Positions 8,152 through 16,511 of a DNA stretch of 64,000 bases are shown one piece after another. This DNA is from a virus (Duplodnaviria; Heunggongvirae; Uroviricota; Caudoviricetes): IMG/VR virus record IMGVR_UViG_3300045450_000131, positions 33,228-97,227 of that record. The stretch is one strand, 5' to 3'. The notes beneath the pieces were generated by a model. The model was given only the letters and a program-made list of their open reading frames with translations, had not been told where the DNA came from and ran no database searches. Made by a program: the position numbers and the translations under genes. Numbering within the stretch: the stretch's first letter is position 1; the number at the start of each line of letters is the position of its first letter.

Positions 8152-8238
8152 TGGTGATGGTGATAGGATTCGAACCTATTAAGCCATGAGGCAACGGGGT
8201 TACAGCCCGCCCTAACACTCCAACGTTAGCGCACCACC
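8152..8238 (-). tRNA. tRNA-Tyr (GTA), class II, second copy
   Basis: acceptor GGTGGTG/CACCATC, D arm CTAACGTTGGAGTGTTAG, anticodon loop CTGTAAC, 14-nt variable arm, T-loop ATAGGTTCGAATCCTAT, CCA. Confidence 0.5.
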
Positions 8239-8250
8239 AAAATTCTAAAG

Positions 8251-8350
8251 TATGATTGGATGGACTTGAACCATCGGCCAGATTTAATCAGCAGCATATT
8301 GGCCCTTTGCCGTGAGCTGATCTGCGCTCTACCAACTGAGCTACAACTAT
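8251..8350 (-). ncRNA. interrupted tRNA gene (anticodon region carries a ~36-nt insertion closed by CAGAT/ATCTG)
   Basis: 5' ATAGTTG-TA-GCTCAGTTGGTAGAGC, 3' GATGGTTCAAGTCCATC-CAATCAT-A. Confidence 0.4.
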
Positions 8351-8468
8351 ACCATTTCAATGGACTAACATCGAAGAATCGAACTTCTTTGCGTAATAAA
8401 CTAATATTCTCTACAGCAACAATACCGTAGGACTTAACCAAAGTCAAATATTAATCCATTGAAATGGT
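8351..8468. repeat. 14-bp inverted repeat (ACCATTTCAATGGA / TCCATTGAAATGGT) enclosing a T-arm-only tRNA remnant
   Basis: arms at 8351-8364 and 8455-8468; inner hairpin GAAGTTCGATTCTTC. Confidence 0.5.
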
Positions 8469-8540
8469 ACCTCCGACCGGGTTCGAACCGATGACATTCT
8501 GCGTGTAAGGCAGACGCTCTACCAACTGAGCTACAGAGGC
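8465..8540 (-). tRNA. tRNA-Val (TAC)
   Basis: acceptor GCCTCTG/CGGAGGT, D arm GCTCAGTTGGTAGAGC, anticodon stem TCTGC/GCAGA with loop CTTACAC, T-loop ATCGGTTCGAACCCGGT, CCA. Confidence 0.7.
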
Positions 8541-8560
8541 ACTAAATGTTTTACCAATAT

Positions 8561-8612
8561 GACAAGATCGGTTGCTGTAATTAAACAGCGTGTCGATTTG
8601 TCATATTGGCCG
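8561..8612. repeat. 12-bp perfect inverted repeat CCAATATGACAA / TTGTCATATTGG
   Basis: arms separated by 28 nt, immediately upstream (transcriptionally) of the tRNA array. Confidence 0.55.
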
Positions 8613-8687
8613 TGGAGTCAAAATTATTTAAATTGAGACTCAAAACATAAGTTTTGGTATTCTAAATTTTTAATGAACTAAGAAGAT

Positions 8688-8718
8688 AATTATAATTAAC
8701 TATCTTCATTTTGTACAA
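8688..8718 (-). promoter_or_regulatory. sigma70-like promoter (TGTACA-17-TATAAT), first of tandem array facing the tRNA cluster
   Basis: plus gataattataattaac ... ttgtaca. Confidence 0.5.
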
Positions 8719-8769
8719 CTTAATTTCAACCTGCGTTTTAATCAAGTTGTACATTTTTGTTTGTATGAG

Positions 8770-8802
8770 TAATTATAACTCTAATTTTTACCTTTGTACA
8801 TA
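8770..8802 (-). promoter_or_regulatory. sigma70-like promoter, tandem array
   Basis: minus strand TGTACAaaggtaaaaattagagtTATAAT, exact 17-bp spacer. Confidence 0.55.
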
Positions 8803-8857
8803 AGAATTTTCATTCTATATGCTTGCAACTTAATTTTACTTTCGTTGCGGTATGTGT

Positions 8858-8890
8858 TAATTATAACTACTTTTCTTAAGTATGTACACT
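8858..8890 (-). promoter_or_regulatory. sigma70-like promoter, tandem array
   Basis: aattataac at 8859-8867 and tgtaca at 8884-8889. Confidence 0.5.
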
Positions 8891-8908
8891 ATATTTAATC
8901 TACATACT

Positions 8909-8943
8909 TAAAAAGAAAGGGACCTTAGATTTCTCTAGGTCCC
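8909..8943 (-). terminator. rho-independent terminator (GGGACCTAGAGAAATCTAAGGTCCC + TTTCTTTTT)
   Basis: perfect 8-bp GC-rich stem followed by T-run on minus strand; downstream of gene 9139-9384. Confidence 0.65.
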
Positions 8944-9138
8944 TTTTGATCTTATAAAGTTTAATTCAACTTACTCTAAGAAGGACCCTTGGCTTGTATA
9001 CGCCCCTGACAGCACGCTACCTAACGGTAATGCGAGTGTAAGATAAGAGGGGGCGGGAGACATTGAAGATAGTTCCTTGTTTGTTGTATAAGATTATATA
9101 TTGAGTTTGGAAAAATGTTGCGCTAAATGTTATTCAGG

Positions 9139-9384
9139 TTAAACAAATAAGCAGTCAACGGCTGCACGTGGGAAGCAATCAAGTAGCGTAAAGATTTCAG
9201 CATCCTTCACACCTGCCTCGGTGAGTTGCAGTTTTGTTTTTGCGACCGCCAGCTCTGCCTGCTTCAGCACCTTCTCTTCGGTAATATTGCCGTCGATTGG
9301 TGTAGTATTGAGGGTCTTTTCTAGAAGAAGAGCAACTGTGATTGGAAGCTGCCCATATACATCGCTAAGTGTCATTTTAACCAC
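9139..9384 (-). CDS. hypothetical protein
   Basis: 81-aa ORF. Confidence 0.45.
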   Translation of the reverse strand: MVKMTLSDVYGQLPITVALLLEKTLNTTPIDGNITEEKVLKQAELAVAKTKLQLTEAGVKDAEIFTLLDCFPRAAVDCLFV

Positions 9385-9679
9385 GTAGAATTTGCGTTGG
9401 TGGGGCTGACACTACTTGAATGCCAGTTGTGTTTTGAATGTATGAGTTCTTGACGTCTTCAGGCACCTCATAATCGGCAACAATTCCTACTTGATAAAGT
9501 AAAATCTCATCTTCAGCAATGATTGTCCATGGCAAGAAGTTGACTTGGATATTGTTATCTTTACCAAGGGTCATTCTTACGACTAGAGGATTCGTAATAT
9601 TGAAGAAAGTAGGAGTTTCACCTACAATCTTCGCAATTAGTTCCTCGCCTGTAGTTAACTTAAAGGCGCGGATTTTCAT
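9377..9679 (-). CDS. hypothetical protein
   Basis: 100-aa ORF, 8-nt overlap with downstream gene. Confidence 0.45.
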   Translation of the reverse strand: MKIRAFKLTTGEELIAKIVGETPTFFNITNPLVVRMTLGKDNNIQVNFLPWTIIAEDEILLYQVGIVADYEVPEDVKNSYIQNTTGIQVVSAPPTQILRG

Positions 9680-9680
9680 A

Positions 9681-10361
9681 TTAGAACTTGTAAACTAGAG
9701 CGGTAGTAAAACCGTTGAAGACAATGTCAGCTTGACGGGTGTGGGCAAAACCACCTCGAACAGCGATTTCCTTCGTGACTTGATAGTCAACGCCAACAAT
9801 ATAGCGGTTCTGGTTTGGGGTGTTAGAGTTAAGACCATTGCGGTGGCGGTATCCAACGAAGGCGTTGGTATTTGCATCGATTGGTGCAGTTGCCTCGATC
9901 GCAGCCGATGCGTATGATGCATTGCCAGTGAATCCACCGCCGTTTGGGTCGATGCTATTCAGACGGCCATATGCAATACGACCATTTAGACCATAGTCGC
10001 CGATCTTGACGCCATTGCCATAACCAACTTCAAAGCCATATGCGTTGTCGTAGTTAGATTGTCCACGGAGACGGCTATATAGCGCGCCGAGGTCGAAGGT
10101 ACCGACTGCAGTATCTTGCGCAATAAATGCACGAACTTCATTGTCGACCTTAAAGCCACTTGGATTGGTGTTGGCGCGGTTCATGTCGTAAGTCAAGCCG
10201 ACTGAAGTGCCGGTTGATGGGCCAATTGGCTGATCCTTGACTACTTCAGTTGAAGTAACTGCAGTGCGATTAACAGAGCTGGTGCTAGTTGTGGTTGTTG
10301 CCTGTGCTAGGGCAGCCGAAGCGGCTAGTGATAGTACGGATAGGGCGATAAGATTCTTCAT
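9681..10361 (-). CDS. outer-membrane beta-barrel protein (OmpA/OmpX-like small barrel) with signal peptide
   Basis: N-terminal signal MKNLIALSVLSLAASAALA, alternating amphipathic strands rich in G/Y/N, C-terminal ...ALVYKF (terminal aromatic typical of OMP barrels). Confidence 0.55.
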   Translation of the reverse strand: MKNLIALSVLSLAASAALAQATTTTSTSSVNRTAVTSTEVVKDQPIGPSTGTSVGLTYDMNRANTNPSGFKVDNEVRAFIAQDTAVGTFDLGALYSRLRGQSNYDNAYGFEVGYGNGVKIGDYGLNGRIAYGRLNSIDPNGGGFTGNASYASAAIEATAPIDANTNAFVGYRHRNGLNSNTPNQNRYIVGVDYQVTKEIAVRGGFAHTRQADIVFNGFTTALVYKF

Positions 10362-10444
10362 CTGGATATTTCCTCGGGTGTTTAAAGATGTAATTGTAAA
10401 ATGGTAAGTTTATATACTCAACCTGAATTTGTATTATGTATTAT

Positions 10445-10792
10445 TTATGACACACTTTTCTCAATAGAGATGACATTGGCAATGCGAAAACTACGCCAGC
10501 CTTGCCGATCAACTGAATATACTCTCAGCACATCCACGTTATCAACATAGGCAATATCGCTCTGAATGCCAGGGATAATCTTAGTATCTAGAGTGCAGTC
10601 CATCTCGGCGGGTGTACCATCAACTTTATTAAACTTGACTTTTGATACGCCCGTCTGCAGCAGCTTAATTAGGTTCTCTTTCACATTAGCTTGGGCTGGA
10701 GAAGAAGTTAGCACATCTAAGGCGGTCTTTTCACCGTCTGGGCTACCTTCCCACTTTTTAATTAGCATTTCTGCCATGCTTTGATTAATCAC
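10445..10792 (-). CDS. hypothetical protein
   Basis: 115-aa ORF. Confidence 0.45.
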   Translation of the reverse strand: MINQSMAEMLIKKWEGSPDGEKTALDVLTSSPAQANVKENLIKLLQTGVSKVKFNKVDGTPAEMDCTLDTKIIPGIQSDIAYVDNVDVLRVYSVDRQGWRSFRIANVISIEKSVS

Positions 10793-11046
10793 TTCAATTC
10801 CTTAAGTTTGCTTTCCAGCTCTTTGATCTTCATGCGCTGTGTAACGATAATTTCATAGGCCTTCCAGTAGAAGGACACTTGATATGCGAGGGGTGCTCGC
10901 TGCTTTGCTGGGTCTTCTTCACCGCCATTGAATGCATTGCCAGTGTCAATTGCCATCGTCCTCAAATCACCAAGGAAGCCGTTGATTTCAAATTCTTCCC
11001 AAGGCGCTACATTATCATCACTAAATTTTACAATAGTCGTTTTCAT
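10789..11046 (-). CDS. hypothetical protein
   Basis: 85-aa ORF, ATGA overlap. Confidence 0.45.
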   Translation of the reverse strand: MKTTIVKFSDDNVAPWEEFEINGFLGDLRTMAIDTGNAFNGGEEDPAKQRAPLAYQVSFYWKAYEIIVTQRMKIKELESKLKELK

Positions 11047-11270
11047 TAGGCGTCTTGCTTCTCAGGTGTATAACCAGCTTTAATGAGCACTTCATACTCA
11101 AAGTCACGAATAAGCTGAATTAGTGTTTCTTGCGGAATTTCCTTCAACAAAATTTGAGGTAGTGGTTGAGCACCATCCTGGCGACGACCAACTGGCATTT
11201 CCAGCACCACATGCTCTGGCACGGTGAAGGGTCTAATCTTAAGGGCAAAGTCTGGCATAAAGTTCTCCAA
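11046..11270 (-). CDS. hypothetical protein
   Basis: 74-aa ORF. Confidence 0.4.
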   Translation of the reverse strand: MENFMPDFALKIRPFTVPEHVVLEMPVGRRQDGAQPLPQILLKEIPQETLIQLIRDFEYEVLIKAGYTPEKQDA

Positions 11271-11285
11271 AGTTATAAAATTATA

Positions 11286-11849
11286 TTACTCAGCAATTTC
11301 TTCGTGTTTACCCATTGCAGGATCAAATAGGCTTTCTACATTCAAAATGTGACCCTTAATGTTTATGTCAGGCCAGCAAAATTGCTCATTGAAGACCATA
11401 TCATCAAGCAAGACAATATTACGCTCAATTATTGCAGCTTTAAATTGCTTTCGTACAAAGTGCCTGAATGCATCGTGCTTACCCCAAAAGTCTGACATCT
11501 CGTGTAAATTAACTTTAGACGGGTGTAACTTCATCACTTCACAACACGCTGGAATAATGTCACGATCTACGGTCGGGATCATGGTGAGTTTAATACCCAG
11601 GGCACGCTCAATCTTGGGCTGCACAAAAAGCTGAAATGCCTTTTTGTCATGTTCATTCCAGATTGCAAATGAAAAGATGTGAACGTATGCAGGGTTAAAT
11701 TCATTAATGAAGTGCCTTACACGTTCAACATTAATCATATATGTGTCAGTCCACCCCTCCACAACTGGTGCAATGATAGTATCTTCCAAGTCCAAAAACA
11801 GATGGGAAATACTATCAATATTATGTAAAGAGTGATGCCAGGTGTTCAT
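11286..11849 (-). CDS. HAD-like phosphatase fold protein (tentative)
   Basis: N-terminal FLDLEDTII and later LLDDMVFN resemble HAD motifs I/IV. Confidence 0.35.
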   Translation of the reverse strand: MNTWHHSLHNIDSISHLFLDLEDTIIAPVVEGWTDTYMINVERVRHFINEFNPAYVHIFSFAIWNEHDKKAFQLFVQPKIERALGIKLTMIPTVDRDIIPACCEVMKLHPSKVNLHEMSDFWGKHDAFRHFVRKQFKAAIIERNIVLLDDMVFNEQFCWPDINIKGHILNVESLFDPAMGKHEEIAE

Positions 11850-12014
11850 GGTTCTTCACCGACAATCGACATGAGAGTGTCTAGTGCATCCTCGTCTTCT
11901 CCATCCTGCAGATCAGTGATTGCATTTCTAATCTGAGTTTTTACCATTGACAGGGCAAGACGCAAGCTATCGATTTCCTGCTGAAGAAACACTTCTCTCA
12001 TGCTCATATGATTT

Positions 12015-12323
12015 TTACACCTTAAGGTTTTTAGAAATTTCGTTTAAAGTTTGCATTTCCGCCTTAGTGGCTTTATCACCAGGAATCAAGCAATTTAAAG
12101 CTAAGTCCTTGGTCATCATTCTTAATCCGGATTCACAGAGCTTGCTAGCAACAATAATCTTCTTGCATGTATTATCATCGCTAACTTGCGTGAAGTAAAC
12201 ATGCTGTGCATTAGTGCCGCGCTTTGGTGTCGGATAGAATGAGTCAGTGAATAAACCTACCGCCATTGGGGTGAGCTTGGCTTTAAACCATTGGCGATGA
12301 ACAGCTTCTTTTTGTAGTCTCAT
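12015..12323 (-). CDS. hypothetical protein
   Basis: 102-aa ORF. Confidence 0.4.
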   Translation of the reverse strand: MRLQKEAVHRQWFKAKLTPMAVGLFTDSFYPTPKRGTNAQHVYFTQVSDDNTCKKIIVASKLCESGLRMMTKDLALNCLIPGDKATKAEMQTLNEISKNLKV

Positions 12324-12413
12324 GTGGAACCTCTATAAGTTATAAAAACAGGTTCCAAATGATATTATAACACCAGAACCTTAATATACTTATAGTTATA
12401 ACCTGTATAAATT

Positions 12414-12875
12414 TTAGGCCTTCATGATTTGGTTTGCAATATATTTGTATGCACGCGCCATCATCTTTTCTTCACGCCGATTTGAGTATAGATGCCACTT
12501 TTCAAATCTAGGAAATGTACCAAGGGGTTGCCTAATTCCATTCTTATCTACCATCGTGGTTTCAAAGGCAAAGTCATGCCCTATAATATCATGCTCAATA
12601 ATGATGTCAAACCACTTGACATAAGTAAGTTCGCCTTCATGCATAACTGCAAATTGGAACCACACCCGATCTTCATAAGATTCAGTGCGCTGCTTCACTT
12701 GCCGTTGATAAGTGCGAGACACCACAAACTTTGCTATGGCGCGGAAGAACAAAGCTGACTTAAAGCTATCATTTAAGTCAGCTTCAAACATGACTTCTTT
12801 GGTTTTACCGTTGATGAAATACAGCGCGTTAAAGTTAAACTTCTTTTCAGTCCAAAAGTCGGTGCTTACATGCAT
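12414..12875 (-). CDS. hypothetical protein
   Basis: 153-aa ORF. Confidence 0.45.
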   Translation of the reverse strand: MHVSTDFWTEKKFNFNALYFINGKTKEVMFEADLNDSFKSALFFRAIAKFVVSRTYQRQVKQRTESYEDRVWFQFAVMHEGELTYVKWFDIIIEHDIIGHDFAFETTMVDKNGIRQPLGTFPRFEKWHLYSNRREEKMMARAYKYIANQIMKA

Positions 12876-12876
12876 A

Positions 12877-13062
12877 TTATTTTCCTTCGAGGGCCTTCAT
12901 AAGTTGCGCGCGCATGGTCGCAAACTCAAACCAGAGCTGTAGAAATTCCATGTCTTCACGCGTGTGGGCATAGGCGAGGTGGGAAGCAGCGACTGCAGGA
13001 GTTGCCAGCGTGACGGCATTGACAGATTGTTCAAGCTTATTGAGATTAGAAAGAAGAGACAT
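12877..13062 (-). CDS. hypothetical small protein
   Basis: 61-aa ORF. Confidence 0.35.
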   Translation of the reverse strand: MSLLSNLNKLEQSVNAVTLATPAVAASHLAYAHTREDMEFLQLWFEFATMRAQLMKALEGK

Positions 13063-13118
13063 GTGTTATAACTCCTGTAATATAATGCATTATAACAACC
13101 TTAGTTTAAAAAGTACAC

Positions 13119-13574
13119 ATGAAAAAATCGCGACGTAAGTTTACGCCAGACTTCACTCCAGATTGGAGACGTTTATGTAGAAAGTTTCAGCCAAAAGTTA
13201 AGGCAGATAAAGAGAATCGAACCGTAAGAATTACAGACCGCAAAACTTATAAAAAGGTGGAGATTTTAGTTGGTGTTTTATCCCGCGTGTATAACTTTAA
13301 GGGCGATCACCGGCCTTATGGCTTATACAAAAAGGCTGGGGTGGATGGTGATGTATATTGCTTAGTGCATTCGGATTTTGAAGACTCTGACTTTGATTCG
13401 TTTGAACACTATGATAGTACTTTAATGGGAGAAGCCAAAATTATGCATGAAGCGCTAATTAAGAGCTCACTTGGAGTTGACTACTTCTTCATTATGCCTT
13501 ATCACAATAATACACCGGGCGGCTCATATTTGGGGTGTTCTAGAGGAAATGTATTAGTAACTAACGAGATTTAA
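13119..13574 (+). CDS. hypothetical protein (plus-strand insert)
   Basis: 151-aa ORF on the opposite strand to its neighbours. Confidence 0.45.
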   Translation: MKKSRRKFTPDFTPDWRRLCRKFQPKVKADKENRTVRITDRKTYKKVEILVGVLSRVYNFKGDHRPYGLYKKAGVDGDVYCLVHSDFEDSDFDSFEHYDSTLMGEAKIMHEALIKSSLGVDYFFIMPYHNNTPGGSYLGCSRGNVLVTNEI

Positions 13575-13620
13575 TGTAAAGAGCAAACGCATAAATAAGT
13601 TTTTACTAATCAGGAATATT

Positions 13621-13869
13621 ATGAAGTTAAATCAAATTAAAGTAAAAGAGTCTGCGCATGACAATTTTAAAAGGGGATTTACCGATTCAATTGAACATGT
13701 AATTAGCGAAGCTGCTCATGCTGTATTAGAAATTGCAGAAAACATGGCATATGATGCTAATGGTGACGTTGATATTGACGGCATTGATGATTTTATTGGA
13801 CCGGCCCATAGAAAATTTAGTCAACAAGTACTAGAATTAGCTAAAACGAAACTCAGAGAAAATAGTTAA
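13621..13869 (+). CDS. hypothetical protein (plus-strand insert)
   Basis: 82-aa ORF followed by terminator hairpin. Confidence 0.45.
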   Translation: MKLNQIKVKESAHDNFKRGFTDSIEHVISEAAHAVLEIAENMAYDANGDVDIDGIDDFIGPAHRKFSQQVLELAKTKLRENS

Positions 13870-13898
13870 AAAGGGACCCTAGGGTCCCTTTTATTTTA
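13870..13898. terminator. bidirectional rho-independent terminator (GGGACCCTAGGGTCCC flanked by A-run and T-run)
   Basis: palindromic GC stem with T-tract on both strands, between convergent genes. Confidence 0.7.
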
Positions 13899-14153
13899 CT
13901 TGATAGTATTTGCTAAACGTTGAGCTGCTGAGAGTTGCCGTGCTTCTGCTAATTCTAATACTAAATCATTGATTTCAGTGCGTAAGTTTTGCAGTGTGTA
14001 AAAGGCATTCATTGAATATTCGCCTTCACGTTGCAATTCCTTGCTCTTGATTTTATGATCTCGAATGGCCTTAACGGCTTCAAAGTATCGTTCCTTGAAA
14101 TTAGCACGGTATGCAAGGTATTCTGCTTTGTTGGTGAATGTGAAGTTAGTCAT
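13896..14153 (-). CDS. hypothetical protein (start moved to internal Met with AGGAAA RBS)
   Basis: avoids 110-nt overlap with HD gene; MTNFTFTNKAEY... Confidence 0.4.
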   Translation of the reverse strand: MTNFTFTNKAEYLAYRANFKERYFEAVKAIRDHKIKSKELQREGEYSMNAFYTLQNLRTEINDLVLELAEARQLSAAQRLANTIK

Positions 14154-14154
14154 T

Positions 14155-14700
14155 TTAGTTTCCTTTGATAATATTAATGAGGTTGTTACCGAGTTTCTGC
14201 AAGTTTTTAAACTTAATTTTGAACGAGGTGGATTCAATACCACCAAACATACTTGCATTTGCATGCAATTCGGCTAGAGCGGTTAGGAGCAGGGCGGGGG
14301 CCAAGTCCATGTGCTTATAGCTGTCTGCCTCCGACGGCTTCATGATGTGCATATCCATATCATGCAAGATATACTTTCCAATCATGTCATCTCCACCATA
14401 AGCTGCCCAGATTGCAGCCGAAATACGAGCATGGTCTGGGAAATGCTGCTTACCATTTTCATCACGTGAAATGCAAAATGGTTTGCCGCAGTCATGGTAG
14501 ATATGGTACTGTTCCATCACTTCTGGAGATGGACACAGAGGCAGCAAAAAGTTTAAATCAAACCAGGTTGGAAGTCTCCATTCTAGTTTGCGTTCACCAA
14601 TTAAGTCCTTGTAGTGCAGGGAAACACTCTCACCGTGCTCAAGGATCGTTTGACTTTGCGTCTGATTACATTCAGACATCTTCTGTCGCAGCTCATTCAA
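14155..14700 (-). CDS. HD-domain phosphohydrolase
   Basis: motifs H...HD (YHIYHDCGK), HFPDH, later D; 181 aa. Confidence 0.55.
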   Translation of the reverse strand: MNELRQKMSECNQTQSQTILEHGESVSLHYKDLIGERKLEWRLPTWFDLNFLLPLCPSPEVMEQYHIYHDCGKPFCISRDENGKQHFPDHARISAAIWAAYGGDDMIGKYILHDMDMHIMKPSEADSYKHMDLAPALLLTALAELHANASMFGGIESTSFKIKFKNLQKLGNNLINIIKGN

Positions 14701-14754
14701 TTTAACCTATTTCATAATTTCCCTTTCGTAACCGCTATTTGCGATCTAATGCTA

Positions 14755-15402
14755 TTATAATTCGTTTGGTGTAAGATGGCTAAAGTGTTCCATTTGATAC
14801 TTCTTTAGCCACTCATATGCATTTACGGCTTCTTGTTCCCACCTTGGAGTATGATAGTCGTGAGTTTCTTTATTCCAATACTTTGTTTCTTCACCTGAAA
14901 ACGGCTTTACTTTATATGTCCGGAGTGCCTCAATCACTTCTAAGATGCTCTTCCCCTCCCTAAAGTAACCACCAATTTTACTTGCTTCGTGCTTACCAAG
15001 CCCTTTTATGGTATGAACACCGGCAAATTGCTCAGCATAGCACTTAATACATGAGGCAGCAACGCATGTGCAATCACCCCCGTGCACGTCATCTTCCAGT
15101 GCAGGAATGATATATGATAACTGGCGTTCAACTTCCTTATCTAGACCACATTTGCCATCCTCATTCTCGTCTGCATAATAGTACTTCGTATCTAATCTTT
15201 TAGTTAGTAATTCAAGTAATTCTTCAGTGGTTCTAGGTTTAATTTTTTCATTATACCAATCGTGATGTGTAATATCAAAATATGCTTCTGACATTAGCTC
15301 TTCCATTTGATTGATTTTGACCTTATAATAAAGTTCTTTCTTCTCAATATCAGTTAAAAGAATTTTACTTGCGAGTGGGTTTTCTGTATAAATGATCTTC
15401 AT
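14755..15402 (-). CDS. hypothetical protein (Cys-rich segment GGDCTCVAASCIKC)
   Basis: 215-aa ORF. Confidence 0.45.
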   Translation of the reverse strand: MKIIYTENPLASKILLTDIEKKELYYKVKINQMEELMSEAYFDITHHDWYNEKIKPRTTEELLELLTKRLDTKYYYADENEDGKCGLDKEVERQLSYIIPALEDDVHGGDCTCVAASCIKCYAEQFAGVHTIKGLGKHEASKIGGYFREGKSILEVIEALRTYKVKPFSGEETKYWNKETHDYHTPRWEQEAVNAYEWLKKYQMEHFSHLTPNEL

Positions 15403-15794
15403 TCTATATCTCCTGTCAAATTATCAATGATTTCCTGCAATCTAACTAGCTCTTTTAATTTTTGATTTCTATAATAGCTTCGTCGTTGATTAAAGTGTGG
15501 AAGTGCTTCTCTTCTAAATTCTAATTTTAGCTTATTCATATCCGTCTCTTTAAGCAGCTCAAAGTCAACGCCAGTATATATGTCTCTATCTTGCCAATAC
15601 GAAGCTCTTTCATATAGCTCAAGGGTGTGAGTTTTATAATCTGCCTTAACATAATCAGCTCCTTGAATATGCCAATATTGCGATGGAATTTCATTGTAGC
15701 CAGATAGTCCACACGACTTTGCAAGTTCTTGTATTACTTCATTCATGGCATCTATCTGCTTACATGCAAGTTCTTCTTGTTCATCTAGTGTCAT
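15399..15794 (-). CDS. hypothetical protein (start at MTLDEQ, GAGGA RBS)
   Basis: internal Met avoids overlap with upstream gene; stop TAA of upstream at 15799. Confidence 0.4.
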   Translation of the reverse strand: MTLDEQEELACKQIDAMNEVIQELAKSCGLSGYNEIPSQYWHIQGADYVKADYKTHTLELYERASYWQDRDIYTGVDFELLKETDMNKLKLEFRREALPHFNQRRSYYRNQKLKELVRLQEIIDNLTGDIE

Positions 15795-15798
15795 AATA

Positions 15799-16047
15799 TT
15801 AGTCCTCAAAGAAGTCTGATAGAGACTGGCTTGTTTCTTCCTTTTCCCATTCTCCACACCCTACATAGCGCGACCACTTTGCATAGATATATCCCTCGCT
15901 GAGCCACATATCTTGTAATGCAAACTCATTTTCCTGGCGGAAAGTAGGTATAGGCTTATTAAGCTTTTCTTTTGGGATATTATTAATTAGACTCTGATAA
16001 AGTTCAGAGATGCTCTCAGCCATAGTTAAATTGATTTTAATATCCAT
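15799..16047 (-). CDS. hypothetical protein
   Basis: strong RBS AAGGAGAATAAG-ATG. Confidence 0.5.
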   Translation of the reverse strand: MDIKINLTMAESISELYQSLINNIPKEKLNKPIPTFRQENEFALQDMWLSEGYIYAKWSRYVGCGEWEKEETSQSLSDFFED

Positions 16048-16048
16048 C

Positions 16049-16390
16049 TTATTCTCCTTGCGTGGGCAGACGCCACAGTTGCAGGCCCTTCAGTAAGTGA
16101 CGGTCTTGCTCAGTCAATAGGCACGAAATTGCAGTTAGACCCCAATCTAAGTATGGCTCGTGGAATTCAGCCGTTTTAATATGGTGGTGATGCAGCTTAG
16201 CCTTCAGCTTATTAAGCTGGTCTTTGTTCTTGACTTTAAGGTGAATATATGATGGGTGATGATCGGCAGGGCGACCGTATTGATAAGCATATTCAATTGC
16301 GGCATGGCCGGCTTGAATTGCCTGTTGAGCGAGTGGGAGATCGCTGCGAGAGATTGTATAGAGGTATGTTTTGGAAATCTACAGAGACAT
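16049..16390 (-). CDS. Pth2-family peptidyl-tRNA hydrolase with in-frame amber (TAG) at codon 4
   Basis: ATG at 16390 with AGGA RBS; reading MSL-TAG-ISKTYLY...AQQAIQAGHAAIEYAYQYG...HLKVKNKDQLNKLKAKLHH...GLTAISCLLTEQD, whose key blocks match PTH2 motifs as recalled from memory (human PTRH2-type); stop TAA overlaps the next gene's RBS. Absent from the ORF track because of the TAG at 16379-16381. Confidence 0.6.
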
Positions 16391-16511
16391 GATATAAAAT
16401 CCTTTTTAAGTTAAGATGAATGGCTTTCCACCACATCTGGGAATATGTCGTTATCACATATCCTCTACCATACGTTTATAGCACGCTCATGGCTTAGCAT
16501 TTGTTAAATTA

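Noticed and set aside
72-8447. ORF-track entries 72-284(+), 3325-3648(+), 3420-3638(-), 4041-4292, 4760-4957, 5674-5979, 7143-7379, 7878-8102, 8226-8447 as genes
   Set aside because: They overlap tRNA genes or lie antisense to them in the tRNA array, with no RBS and odd composition. They are treated as spurious.
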